A stretch of 35,908 bases of DNA from a virus (lineage: Duplodnaviria; Caudoviricetes): positions 1-35,908 of the IMG/VR virus record IMGVR_UViG_3300021966_000007; one strand, written 5' to 3'. Of the stretch, positions 1-8,281 are shown one piece after another (within the stretch, counting starts at the first letter, position 1; each line of letters starts with the position of its first letter). The translations under genes were made by a program, and so were the position numbers. The notes beneath the pieces are model-generated. The model was given only the letters and a program-made list of their open reading frames with translations. It had not been told where the DNA came from and did no database searches.

Positions 1-260
1 ATATTCGTGGTGGAGAAATTAGTGGTGTCACCATTAGTGGTGATACAGACATATCAATGGGTACTGGATCGTATAGAACATCTATTACAAACTATGGTAT
101 TTCGACAAATAGCATGACGGTTCATCAAGTTGATGGACTGAGAGCTGTGAATATAGAATCGGGATATTTAATGATTAATGGAGCAAAACTTACTGGTGAT
201 GGTTCTGGAAAACTGTACATGGGTGGACTAAGAATTTTAAATGAAAGCGACTTGAAATAA
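1..260 (+). CDS. C-terminal fragment of tail spike/minor structural protein (5' partial)
   Basis: Frame is open from the window start (IRGGEISGVTISGDTDISMGTGSY...). Gly-rich beta-type repeats; lies upstream of the baseplate genes. Confidence 0.7.
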   Translation, partial: IRGGEISGVTISGDTDISMGTGSYRTSITNYGISTNSMTVHQVDGLRAVNIESGYLMINGAKLTGDGSGKLYMGGLRILNESDLK

Positions 261-262
261 TT

Positions 263-430
263 ATGGAAGATAAAGGAAATGCGAACGAAGTAATTAAAGA
301 TTTAGCTGGTAAATTGGCTAATGTACAGGTTGAAAATTCTATTTTGTTTATCGAAAACAATCATCTTAAAGAAGAAAATGAAAAATTGAAGGTGAAATTG
401 AATGGCAATGATTTACATAAAAACAAATGA
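263..430 (+). CDS. Small coiled-coil tail-region protein, 55 aa
   Basis: Read manually: MEDKGNANEVIKDLAGKLANVQVENSIL...NK*. Fills the gap between neighbouring genes; not in the ORF track. Confidence 0.65.
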   Translation: MEDKGNANEVIKDLAGKLANVQVENSILFIENNHLKEENEKLKVKLNGNDLHKNK

Positions 431-677
431 TGTTGGAGCCGTCACAGATTATTTAAAATCTAGTGATGGTTCAGAACATAGTTTCAAACTGTTTAATGAT
501 TTTAAGCCAGACGAAACCATTATCGAACAAGGATATATATATGTTCATTTGATCGATTTGGAATATCCATTATTCGAAAAGTTGCATGATTACTATACAT
601 ATTTTGATGGTCAACTTCATAGACCTTACAACTTTGATAGAAAGATAATTGAAAATATTTTGAATGGAGGTAATTAA
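402..677 (+). CDS. Hypothetical tail-region protein
   Basis: 91-aa ORF abutting the next gene, whose GGAGG RBS lies in its 3' end. Confidence 0.7.
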   Translation: MAMIYIKTNDVGAVTDYLKSSDGSEHSFKLFNDFKPDETIIEQGYIYVHLIDLEYPLFEKLHDYYTYFDGQLHRPYNFDRKIIENILNGGN

Positions 678-2417
678 ATGAGTTTACAACCAATTATTCT
701 AGATACAGACAAAACAGCACCTTTTTATGAGTTGCCTTTAAAGATTAGACAAGGCGACACAGGCGACGAGCTACATGTAACACTCGGAAAGTCATTCGAG
801 AAATATAACGATTTATCTAAAGTTGACGTTGAACTTATCGCCAAGACACCCGACCAACGATTGATTAAGCAACCTGTGACCGATAAGTTGGGAAACACGT
901 TCAATGTTAAGTTTCCAGATGAAATGTACACAAATGTCGGCGTATTTAGAAACATGTATTTCAAAATCGGAGATGATTCCACATCAAGTGTGAAGTTAGT
1001 TGTGCTACAAGGGATCGGATCAATAAAAGAAGCTGGCAGTTATATTGATGACTTTGAAACCTTAATCAAGGAAGCCGAATCTTATGTTTCAGCATTAAAA
1101 GACTTTGCAGATACTGGAAATGCAAAGATTGATAATAAGGTCGCAGAATTAACTGGTAAGATGACTGACTTCGTGGATAAGTCAAAGGAAGATTTAGATG
1201 CTGCTAAAGCGGCGTGGAGTACATTCCAAAGTAGTTCACAGACAGCATTTACAGATGCTCAAAACAAACGAGCAAGTGATTTTAACAGCCAAAAAGCAGG
1301 CTTTGAAACTGATTTTAATGAACAAAAAACAGACTTTGAAAATAGATTTAAAGCACTGTTAGCAACGTTGCAAGGCGACTATGACGACTTCAAAGCATTA
1401 ATCAATAAAGACGTTGCAGATTTCAATACATCTTTAGATAGCTTAGGTGCTCAAGCAACAGACGTTAAAAATAAATTTGATGCTTTGAAAGCTCAATTAG
1501 ATTTAGCCGCTCAAAACATTAGTGGTGTCAGGACTAACTTGCTACTCAACACTAGCGATAATAATGATGTAGACTATCCAGTCAAACCGCTTAATGGCAA
1601 CATGTCCGTATCTGGCCACTTATCCAGAACGGAAGAGTATAGCCAGTTAACTGCTCCACCATCTTCAATATCTGAGATGTACTACCGATTTGGTAGGCCA
1701 GCAACAAATGAAATGTATGGTTTGGAGGCTGGCCAAACGTATACTATTCAGGGTGATGTATCAGTATCCAAAGGCGATGTGAAGTTTAGGTCACAGTATC
1801 AGTCCCCTAATCGTGTATGGGCAGATTATGATGGTTGCACATCTGAAAATCTAGTGTCTGACAGTGATAATCTTGTCCATGTCAGTTATACTTTTACAAT
1901 CCCCAGTAATACTAATTCTATTTATATTGGTTGGCAGGTTTATGGATATGACTCTACTACGATTTTGAGATTCAGAAGAATGAAGCTTGAAAAAGGGCCC
2001 ACAGCAACTGATTACTCGCTCAACCCGCTAGATGTTGCGACTGATGGAAGTGTTCAAACTGCTGTCAAAAACGCCTTAGACAAAGCTGACTACTCCACGA
2101 CTGCCGAGGTCGACAGCAAGGTTGCTACAGGTGTTGGACAGGCTAAGACGTACGCTGAACAAACCATTAAACAAATTATCGGTGCTGCTCCCGATACGCT
2201 AGACACTATTTCAGAACTAGCAGATGCCGTGACTAAAAATAAAGATGGTGTTCAAGCTATCAATGAGGGAATAACCAAAAAAGCCGACAAGACGGAGCTG
2301 GCTAACTATGAATCAAAAGCAGAAATGATTAGTAAAACTGACTATGAAGCCAAGAAAACAGCCGGAACCTTGGAAAATAAGTTCTATATAGTAACTGATG
2401 ATACGGAGGCAAGCTAA
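678..2417 (+). CDS. BppU-family baseplate upper/tail fibre protein with carbohydrate-binding-like module
   Basis: N-terminal IRQGDTG BppU-like motif, long coiled coil, module bounded by RTNLL...KLEKGPTATDY, and C-terminal GAAPDTLDTISELA motif. Confidence 0.8.
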   Translation: MSLQPIILDTDKTAPFYELPLKIRQGDTGDELHVTLGKSFEKYNDLSKVDVELIAKTPDQRLIKQPVTDKLGNTFNVKFPDEMYTNVGVFRNMYFKIGDDSTSSVKLVVLQGIGSIKEAGSYIDDFETLIKEAESYVSALKDFADTGNAKIDNKVAELTGKMTDFVDKSKEDLDAAKAAWSTFQSSSQTAFTDAQNKRASDFNSQKAGFETDFNEQKTDFENRFKALLATLQGDYDDFKALINKDVADFNTSLDSLGAQATDVKNKFDALKAQLDLAAQNISGVRTNLLLNTSDNNDVDYPVKPLNGNMSVSGHLSRTEEYSQLTAPPSSISEMYYRFGRPATNEMYGLEAGQTYTIQGDVSVSKGDVKFRSQYQSPNRVWADYDGCTSENLVSDSDNLVHVSYTFTIPSNTNSIYIGWQVYGYDSTTILRFRRMKLEKGPTATDYSLNPLDVATDGSVQTAVKNALDKADYSTTAEVDSKVATGVGQAKTYAEQTIKQIIGAAPDTLDTISELADAVTKNKDGVQAINEGITKKADKTELANYESKAEMISKTDYEAKKTAGTLENKFYIVTDDTEAS

Positions 2418-2815
2418 TGGCGGAATTAAAAATTGGAGGTAATAACGTGAAGAGTTTGATGTATAAAGATAAAGATGTATCTGGTAGTCAAATGTTGGAG
2501 AGCGGAACCATTTTGTATCTTGGTTCAGCGCAAGGGACGAAAGGAAATGTGAATGTAAAGCTTCCTAGTGTTAAGAATGATTGGTCTAACATTAAATCAA
2601 TTTTAATAAAAGTTATTAATAGCTATGATTATAAGGTTGCTGGAGGTTTTACGTACTTTATTCAAAAGACAATAGATATCTCGACACTGAAAGAATTACA
2701 GACGATAACATACTCAAGCATTACTGTTACAGTAATTCGAACGGATTCTGATGAAGGCGCGTATATTTTGCTTTCAAATACAACACCTTATTTTATTGAA
2801 ATCTCAGTAGCATAA
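2417..2815 (+). CDS. Small tail-fibre-associated / candidate receptor-binding protein
   Basis: Coupled to the BppU gene by a TAATG overlap; beta-rich; last gene before the lysis cassette. Confidence 0.55.
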   Translation: MAELKIGGNNVKSLMYKDKDVSGSQMLESGTILYLGSAQGTKGNVNVKLPSVKNDWSNIKSILIKVINSYDYKVAGGFTYFIQKTIDISTLKELQTITYSSITVTVIRTDSDEGAYILLSNTTPYFIEISVA

Positions 2816-2888
2816 ACTTGGTATATGAGATATAAAATCACAGCCTTATAGGCTTATTTTTTTACACAAAATTAAGGGAGGGATGTGA

Positions 2889-3182
2889 ATGCCATCAGTC
2901 CCAGTATTTATTAATAACTGGGTGGCGTGGATTGCTGCCATTACAGCTATTTCGGTAGCATTGTGGCAAATTGTTAAATTAGTTATTACGATTACAAAAT
3001 TCACTCAAACTGTGGATAAATTAACAATTTCAGTTCAGGAATTGACTAAAAGCAGTTCACGTGACCACGATAAAATGTTTAGAAAACTTAAAACACATGA
3101 CAACATGCTACACGATCATGGATTACGGCTTCGTGACATTGAGCATGATGTAGAAAGCATTAAAAACAAAGGAGATAACTAA
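2889..3182 (+). CDS. Membrane-anchored lysis-cassette protein (holin accessory-like)
   Basis: N-terminal TM segment followed by a coiled coil; GGGAGG RBS; directly upstream of the holin. Confidence 0.65.
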   Translation: MPSVPVFINNWVAWIAAITAISVALWQIVKLVITITKFTQTVDKLTISVQELTKSSSRDHDKMFRKLKTHDNMLHDHGLRLRDIEHDVESIKNKGDN

Positions 3183-3476
3183 ATGGATATTTTACAAGGT
3201 TTACAGTTAATTGATATTACAGAATTGGTGGTAATCGTTTTAGTTTGCTATCTATTAACCACAGCAACTAAGCAATCTAAAATCAATAATAAATACATGC
3301 CATTTATTAGCATGGTAATTGGTTTAGTAGTCGGTTTAGCAATTGCTGGCGTATTTCATGATGGAGCTTTAGGTAAGGCCGGCTTAATCGGTTTCCTAGC
3401 AGGTGGCTATACATCAGGCTTATTCACTGGTGTTAAAGGAATTCTAGGTGGATATGAGAAAGGTGGAAACAAATAA
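3183..3476 (+). CDS. Holin
   Basis: 97 aa with about 3 hydrophobic segments and an NKYMP motif; coupled to the endolysin. Confidence 0.85.
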   Translation: MDILQGLQLIDITELVVIVLVCYLLTTATKQSKINNKYMPFISMVIGLVVGLAIAGVFHDGALGKAGLIGFLAGGYTSGLFTGVKGILGGYEKGGNK

Positions 3477-4465
3477 TGTTTAATCCAAAAATTATTAAAA
3501 CTGATTATGTTTTAGGAGCTGATCAAGGAGATTCACGCATCGCACAAAGGAAGTATATTATCGCTCATGAATCTGGCTATGATCCAGATACTAAGAAACC
3601 CAATATGCTACTAAATGAAGTACAAAATATGAGCCGAAATCTTAATGTAAACAAAGCATATGTAACTCACTTCGTTGGTTATATGGATAATGCTAACGAA
3701 GCACAAATCTATCAAATTGGTGAGCCTGGATATGTTTCATGGGGAGCCTTGTCAGCTAATCCATATGCACCAGTTCAAATTGAGTTTGCTCGTATTTATC
3801 AGAACAATAAGGATAAATTTAAAAAGGCTTATCATCTATATGTTGATGCACTTCGCTATTTCGCCAATTTATATGGTATTCCTTGTAAACTTGATGAATC
3901 GGGAAATGGTATTAAAACTCATCAATGGGTAACTAATAATTATGGTGGAGACCACGTTGATCCATATGGTTATTTTGAAAGTATGGGAATTAGCAGAAGC
4001 CAATTTAAACATGATGTTGAAAATGGTATTACTGAAACTGTTGTTAATAAGCCAGTCACTAAATCACATATTAATAATATCGTTCAAGTTTTAGGTAAAA
4101 AGGTTGGAGGATATACTACTTACGAGTTAAATGGTAAGGCTAATGAAACGACTGACATTATTCCAAACTCCAGATGGGTATCTAATGCTATTGAGATTAT
4201 CAATAATGAGCCAATGTATTGCATTGGTGGAGATATTTACATTCCACAGTCAGTAACAACATTAGCTAATAAGGCCGTTGTTAATTCTAATATGTCTATT
4301 GATAGCCTGGATAAGAATGGTAAAGCTAATGGTAAACTAAACGCCGGTAGTGACTGGAAGTATTCAGCGCTAACTAATATCCCTAATGTTGGATATTGCT
4401 ACCAAATTGCCACAGATATGTTTCTACCTATTAAATTTACGGTTGGTTCCGTATATAAAGGATAA
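3476..4465 (+). CDS. Endolysin, N-acetylmuramoyl-L-alanine amidase (Amidase_2) with SLAP-like C-terminal repeats
   Basis: Zn-amidase motifs IIAHE, HFV, QIE, KTH and DHVDP. Two C-terminal repeats ending YCIGGDIYIP and YQIATDMFLP. Confidence 0.9.
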   Translation: MFNPKIIKTDYVLGADQGDSRIAQRKYIIAHESGYDPDTKKPNMLLNEVQNMSRNLNVNKAYVTHFVGYMDNANEAQIYQIGEPGYVSWGALSANPYAPVQIEFARIYQNNKDKFKKAYHLYVDALRYFANLYGIPCKLDESGNGIKTHQWVTNNYGGDHVDPYGYFESMGISRSQFKHDVENGITETVVNKPVTKSHINNIVQVLGKKVGGYTTYELNGKANETTDIIPNSRWVSNAIEIINNEPMYCIGGDIYIPQSVTTLANKAVVNSNMSIDSLDKNGKANGKLNAGSDWKYSALTNIPNVGYCYQIATDMFLPIKFTVGSVYKG

Positions 4466-4582
4466 TTAAAGAATCTATATTGAGATATATTAAATTGACC
4501 GTATCTAAGTAGTTGACCATTTGATATATTTAATGAGCGCAAGGAAAAGGCGCGTGGTAACCAGTTCATCATATTTTTTTTG

Positions 4583-4621
4583 CTCTCACTTCTATTAATT
4601 TAGGAGTGAGAGTTTTTATTT
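4583..4621 (+). terminator. Rho-independent terminator after lysin
   Basis: CTCTCACTTCTA-loop-TAGGAGTGAGAG stem with T-runs on both sides. Confidence 0.75.
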
Positions 4622-4818
4622 TGTCTATTTTAATATTTTGGTGTTTTATTGAAATAGAAGGCAATATTTTACTTCCTATTTGCGCTTTTAGCAGTTTTAT
4701 TAAAATAGGATTGTTTTATTTGTCGATTCAAATTATTATTAACATGAATCTAGTAATAGCAATCACTCTCTTTCTTCTCAATTAAATATAAAATAAACGA
4801 AAATGAGGAAGATTAAAT

Positions 4819-5090
4819 ATGAGTACAGCTCAATATAGTGCATTATTAAATTTTTAAATAATATGACTATTGAAAAAAATGGATCAATTAAGGTTAATGA
4901 TGAAATTGATTTAAAGAAAATTGATACGCTTGTTTTTGATGAAGTTCCAGATGAAATGAACGTTGAATATTTTTTCAATGGTTCTAAAGACAAGTCAAAG
5001 CACAGATTTGTTTTTGAATCAGCAGATAATGAAATAGATAAATCCATTGAAGAATACTTGAAAAATGTAACGTCTAATGTCATGATTTAA
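4819..5090 (+). pseudogene. Moron-position hypothetical protein split by a -1 frameshift (about 90 aa if joined)
   Basis: GAGGA RBS and ATG at 4819 give MSTAQYSALLNF*. The -1 frame continues into the 4863..5090 ORF, which has no RBS of its own. Confidence 0.55.
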
Positions 5091-5205
5091 GTAGTCAATG
5101 GGTTTTAGTAAATTATCATACGTTTATATAAAACGTTATAGAATATCATCATTTTGCGCGTATTTTGCGCAAAATAGCTTTAAAGGTTGATGTACAGGTA
5201 CTTGT

Positions 5206-5222
5206 AAATCCTGTACTCTCCT
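5206..5222 (+). other. att core, tRNA 3'-end homology (likely tRNA-Ser)
   Basis: AAATCCTGTACTCTCCT resembles the T-loop/T-stem/acceptor 3' strand of a lactobacillus tRNA-Ser (from memory). The inverted repeat GTACAGG/CCTGTAC brackets the crossover region. Confidence 0.7.
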
Positions 5223-5238
5223 TTTTTAGAATAAAAGA

Positions 5239-5250
5239 GAACAAATGTTC
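5239..5250. promoter_or_regulatory. LexA (SOS/Cheo) box-like palindrome
   Basis: GAAC-AAAT-GTTC inside GAGAACAAATGTTCTC; matches the Firmicute GAAC-N4-GTTC consensus. Confidence 0.55.
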
Positions 5251-5261
5251 TCAAATGAGTT

Positions 5262-5298
5262 AAGAGGAACACCATTAAAATGGTGTTCCTCTTTTTTT
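5262..5298 (+). terminator. Rho-independent terminator downstream of att core
   Basis: AAGAGGAACACCATT/AATGGTGTTCCTCTT perfect stem plus T-run; would terminate the reconstituted tRNA after integration. Confidence 0.85.
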
Positions 5299-5426
5299 GT
5301 ATTTATGAAAATGTAAGAGAAATTAAAAGTCCTTTGCGCAGAATTTTGCGCAGATAGATTTCTATTGTTCTATTTTGCGCAAGAAAAAACTAGTGAAATA
5401 TGTTTGCGCAAAATAATTGGTTAAAA

Positions 5427-6575
5427 TTAATCGTTATCATTAGTTTCTTCGATACCATCAAATAGTTTTCTTAGATCTTCGCTCTGTTTTAAGGAGGTTG
5501 AATCAAACATGTGAGTATAATATTTCAACGTTGTTGCAGTAGTTTTATGGCCCACGCGTCGTGAAACATATTTAAGATTAAAACCTCTATCTAACAAGTA
5601 GGAAATATGTGTGTGTCTGATTCCATGAAAATTTATAATTTTGCTTGCACCGATTTCTTCTAATAACTTTTTCAGTTTCTGATTAACTGATTGTGATGTA
5701 GGATTTTCTTTACGTTTGCTTCTAAATATGTAATTTTGATTATCCTTGTATTTAATGCGTTGAAAGTAATCCTCTTGGTCAATTTTTAGTTTTTTAAGTA
5801 CATTGATACAGTCACGACTAACATCAACATATCTAACACCGGCAGGGGTCTTAGTTGTCTTTTGATTACGTGTATCATTTTCGACAGCTTTGTTAACACG
5901 AATTATTTTTTTATCAAGGTTGACGTCTTCCCATGTTAATCCAGCACATTCTTCGTATCTCATACCAGTCTGGGTTACTAAATATACTTCAGCAGATGAT
6001 ATGTCACTAATTGACGCATGTTTCTTAGAGGCCTCAATGAGTTTTATATAGTCATCCGGTTCAAGAAATTTTTCATCAGGACTTTTGGATTCTTTGCCAG
6101 CAACAATAGTGGTATTTCTGGTGAAATCTGAATAGATTAATTGTTCAGCAATGGCATCTTCGCACATTGACCTAAAGAAACTGTTGTATTTGCTGATTGT
6201 TACCTTTGTCCTAGTCTTGCCAAAGTTGTTTAAAAAGTTCTGGTAGTCAGCTTTAGTGACATCAATGAGCCTTATGTTGGGAAAATACTTTTTTATCACA
6301 TCTACAGCAAAGTAGTATCTATTAATTGTAGAGTGAGATTTACCTTTAATTCGATATAACTCTACCCATTCTTTAAAGTAATCGGAGAAGAGCATATCTT
6401 GCTTTGCTAGGTTAGCATGATTTGATTTTTGAAGTTCGACTTTTCTGGCAGCTTCTGCACACTCTGTTTTGCGTACAAAGCCGCCTTTTGTTTTATTCCT
6501 ATATTTTCCAGTGGTAGGGTCCTTATAGGAAACACGATATTCCCATTTCCCGTTTCTTTTATGTATAGTTGCCAT
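5427..6575 (-). CDS. int: Tyrosine integrase
   Basis: N-terminal arm-binding domain (KWEYRVSY...KGGF) and catalytic motifs TGMR, HGIRHTH, VGH, Y. Start at ATG 6575 follows AAAGGA. Confidence 0.97.
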   Translation of the reverse strand: MATIHKRNGKWEYRVSYKDPTTGKYRNKTKGGFVRKTECAEAARKVELQKSNHANLAKQDMLFSDYFKEWVELYRIKGKSHSTINRYYFAVDVIKKYFPNIRLIDVTKADYQNFLNNFGKTRTKVTISKYNSFFRSMCEDAIAEQLIYSDFTRNTTIVAGKESKSPDEKFLEPDDYIKLIEASKKHASISDISSAEVYLVTQTGMRYEECAGLTWEDVNLDKKIIRVNKAVENDTRNQKTTKTPAGVRYVDVSRDCINVLKKLKIDQEDYFQRIKYKDNQNYIFRSKRKENPTSQSVNQKLKKLLEEIGASKIINFHGIRHTHISYLLDRGFNLKYVSRRVGHKTTATTLKYYTHMFDSTSLKQSEDLRKLFDGIEETNDND

Positions 6576-6692
6576 TCCTGTCAATTCCTTTCAAAAAGTG
6601 CCAATAAAGCTGTTTCTTTATATTAAATTGTCAGCCTTATGGGCACATATGTTCTTTTAATGTTAAAAATAAAAAGCCAATTAAGGCTATTT

Positions 6693-7250
6693 TTATTGAT
6701 TTAATTTAAATGTCATTGATCCAAGTGTTTTGTCTGTAACCATATCTTTAGCTGTTAGTTTAACAGGAGTTGTAGTGTCATCCAACTCATATGAAACGGC
6801 CATGTCTACTGTTCCACCAATTTTAATCTTGTCAGACTGACTATCAAGGAACTTTTCATCAGGTAACGATCCAATGTCTAATTCATTTACTGAATCTTTA
6901 TTGTTATCCTGAATGGCGCTCATAACATCAATCCAGGCGCCATTTGGATCTAAATCTTTAGCCTTTTTATTGTGGATTTGGAACCAGAATGCAAGAACTG
7001 GTTTTTCACCGTATTCGTTACCAGTATCACCAACTTGAATAACTTTAGTTTGAGTAATCGTTAAATCATAATCCTTTGTAACTAATTTATTATCTTTAAA
7101 ATAAGCAGTTTTCTTCTTAGCTACTTTCACTGTTTTTGTATCATTACTACTAGACTTTTTGCTTGAATCACTACTATTGTTTGAGCAACCTACGAGTGTT
7201 GAAGCCAAAATAATAGTTAACCCTGATAAAATTAGCCCCTTAATTTTCAT
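6693..7250 (-). CDS. Lipoprotein (DUF5067-like), candidate superinfection exclusion
   Basis: Signal peptide with LVGC lipobox, Ser/Lys linker and Ig-like domain. Position between int and the repressor is typical of Sie/Ltp genes. GGGAG RBS. Confidence 0.75.
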   Translation of the reverse strand: MKIKGLILSGLTIILASTLVGCSNNSSDSSKKSSSNDTKTVKVAKKKTAYFKDNKLVTKDYDLTITQTKVIQVGDTGNEYGEKPVLAFWFQIHNKKAKDLDPNGAWIDVMSAIQDNNKDSVNELDIGSLPDEKFLDSQSDKIKIGGTVDMAVSYELDDTTTPVKLTAKDMVTDKTLGSMTFKLNQ

Positions 7251-7332
7251 ATGTATTCTCCCCAGAAAGTCAGCTTTTAAAGTCATCAGTATTTGGACAA
7301 TATATTAAATAATATGAATTGTTAATTCGCTT

Positions 7333-7752
7333 TCAATCAATGGCAGGCATTCCATAACAATGAGTTAAATCGGAATGTGTTTCTGGTAATTGTCCATGTT
7401 CTTCTATATATAAATTAGTTACAACGGAAATGGCAAAAGCGTCAGCCTCACGCTCTGTTTTACGTTTATGGACTTTATTAGATACATAATATGCCGCTAA
7501 ACCTTTGTGTTCCAAAATATGTCCAATTTCATGAGCAATAACAAAGTATCTCTGATTAGAATATTTAATAGAGTTTGAAATTATAATTACGGGATCATTA
7601 AAAAAATAAATAGTTTTAGCTAATGGTTTAGAATCCAGTTCTTTCCAATCAATTTCTAAATTAAGCTTGTCAGCCCAAACAAATGGATCAAATGTTCCAT
7701 AGCGTTTACCAATGGCGAAGACAAGCTTATTTAATTCACTTGTTTTTGCCAT
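7333..7752 (-). CDS. ImmA/IrrE-family metallopeptidase (anti-repressor protease)
   Basis: HEIGH (HExxH) and EREAD motifs; overlaps the 3' end of the repressor gene. Confidence 0.9.
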   Translation of the reverse strand: MAKTSELNKLVFAIGKRYGTFDPFVWADKLNLEIDWKELDSKPLAKTIYFFNDPVIIISNSIKYSNQRYFVIAHEIGHILEHKGLAAYYVSNKVHKRKTEREADAFAISVVTNLYIEEHGQLPETHSDLTHCYGMPAID

Positions 7753-8143
7753 CTTGATTCCTTTCACGTTCTTTAATTTGTTTGAGCTTATCCCAAAATA
7801 TTTGAGTCATTGCAATCTTAACTTTCTCATTTTCCTCTTCGGTAAGATTCTCACCGTCAAAAGTCATGCCACCAGCCATATTATCATCAAGGAAGTTACG
7901 AAAATCAACTGTATCCTTTTGTGTTGCCCAGTCTGGTGTTTGATTAATGCCAAATAAATAATCAATAGAGATATTGAAAAACATAGCTAACTTAATAAGA
8001 TCCTTGTTACTTATGTTTCGTTTACCAGATTCCCACATTGCTACACTACTTTGGCTGACACCGAGCTTATCAGCAAGTTCTGGCTGCGATAATCCTTTTC
8101 GTTCACGTAAACGAGCAATTTTTTGACCTATTGTCATAGTCAT
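7736..8143 (-). CDS. CI/ImmR-like XRE repressor
   Basis: HTH LSQPELADKLGVSQSSVAMWESG; no S24 autopeptidase domain; divergent from cro. Confidence 0.92.
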   Translation of the reverse strand: MTMTIGQKIARLRERKGLSQPELADKLGVSQSSVAMWESGKRNISNKDLIKLAMFFNISIDYLFGINQTPDWATQKDTVDFRNFLDDNMAGGMTFDGENLTEEENEKVKIAMTQIFWDKLKQIKERERNQDGKNK

Positions 8144-8168
8144 AATATCAACCCTTTCAAGTAATAAG

Positions 8169-8271
8169 GTATCACAAATAGTGATACTTGGAATAAAAAA
8201 ATATACTAATATTACAAATAGTGTTGACTATTACAAATAGTGATAGTATTATTTATTACATAAAGTAATAA
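8169..8271. promoter_or_regulatory. Genetic switch: four operators and the lytic promoter
   Basis: TATYAC-N5-GTRATA-like sites at 8169-8187, 8210-8226, 8228-8246 and 8253-8271. TTGACT(8224)-17 bp-TATTAT(8247) promoter overlaps them. Confidence 0.85.
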
Positions 8272-8281
8272 GGAGGCAAAG

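Larger units (their letters stand above)
5151..5415. other. attP region
   Basis: Lies between lysin and the integrase 3' end. Six TTTGCGC arm-type repeats (5153, 5164, 5333, 5345, 5374, 5403) flank a tRNA-3'-like core. Confidence 0.85.

Noticed and set aside
725-982. Short antisense or out-of-frame ORFs in the track (this one and e.g. 3675, 6429, 7712, 10749, 11935, 16074, 23183, 26482)
   Set aside because: Each overlaps a strongly supported gene and lacks independent evidence.
678-2815. Diversity-generating retroelement or invertible tail-fibre system
   Set aside because: No reverse transcriptase, invertase or template/variable repeat pair was seen in the window.
4778-5083. 101-aa minus-strand ORF
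   Set aside because: Antisense shadow of the plus-strand ORF; Phe/Ser/Ile-rich composition and no clear RBS.
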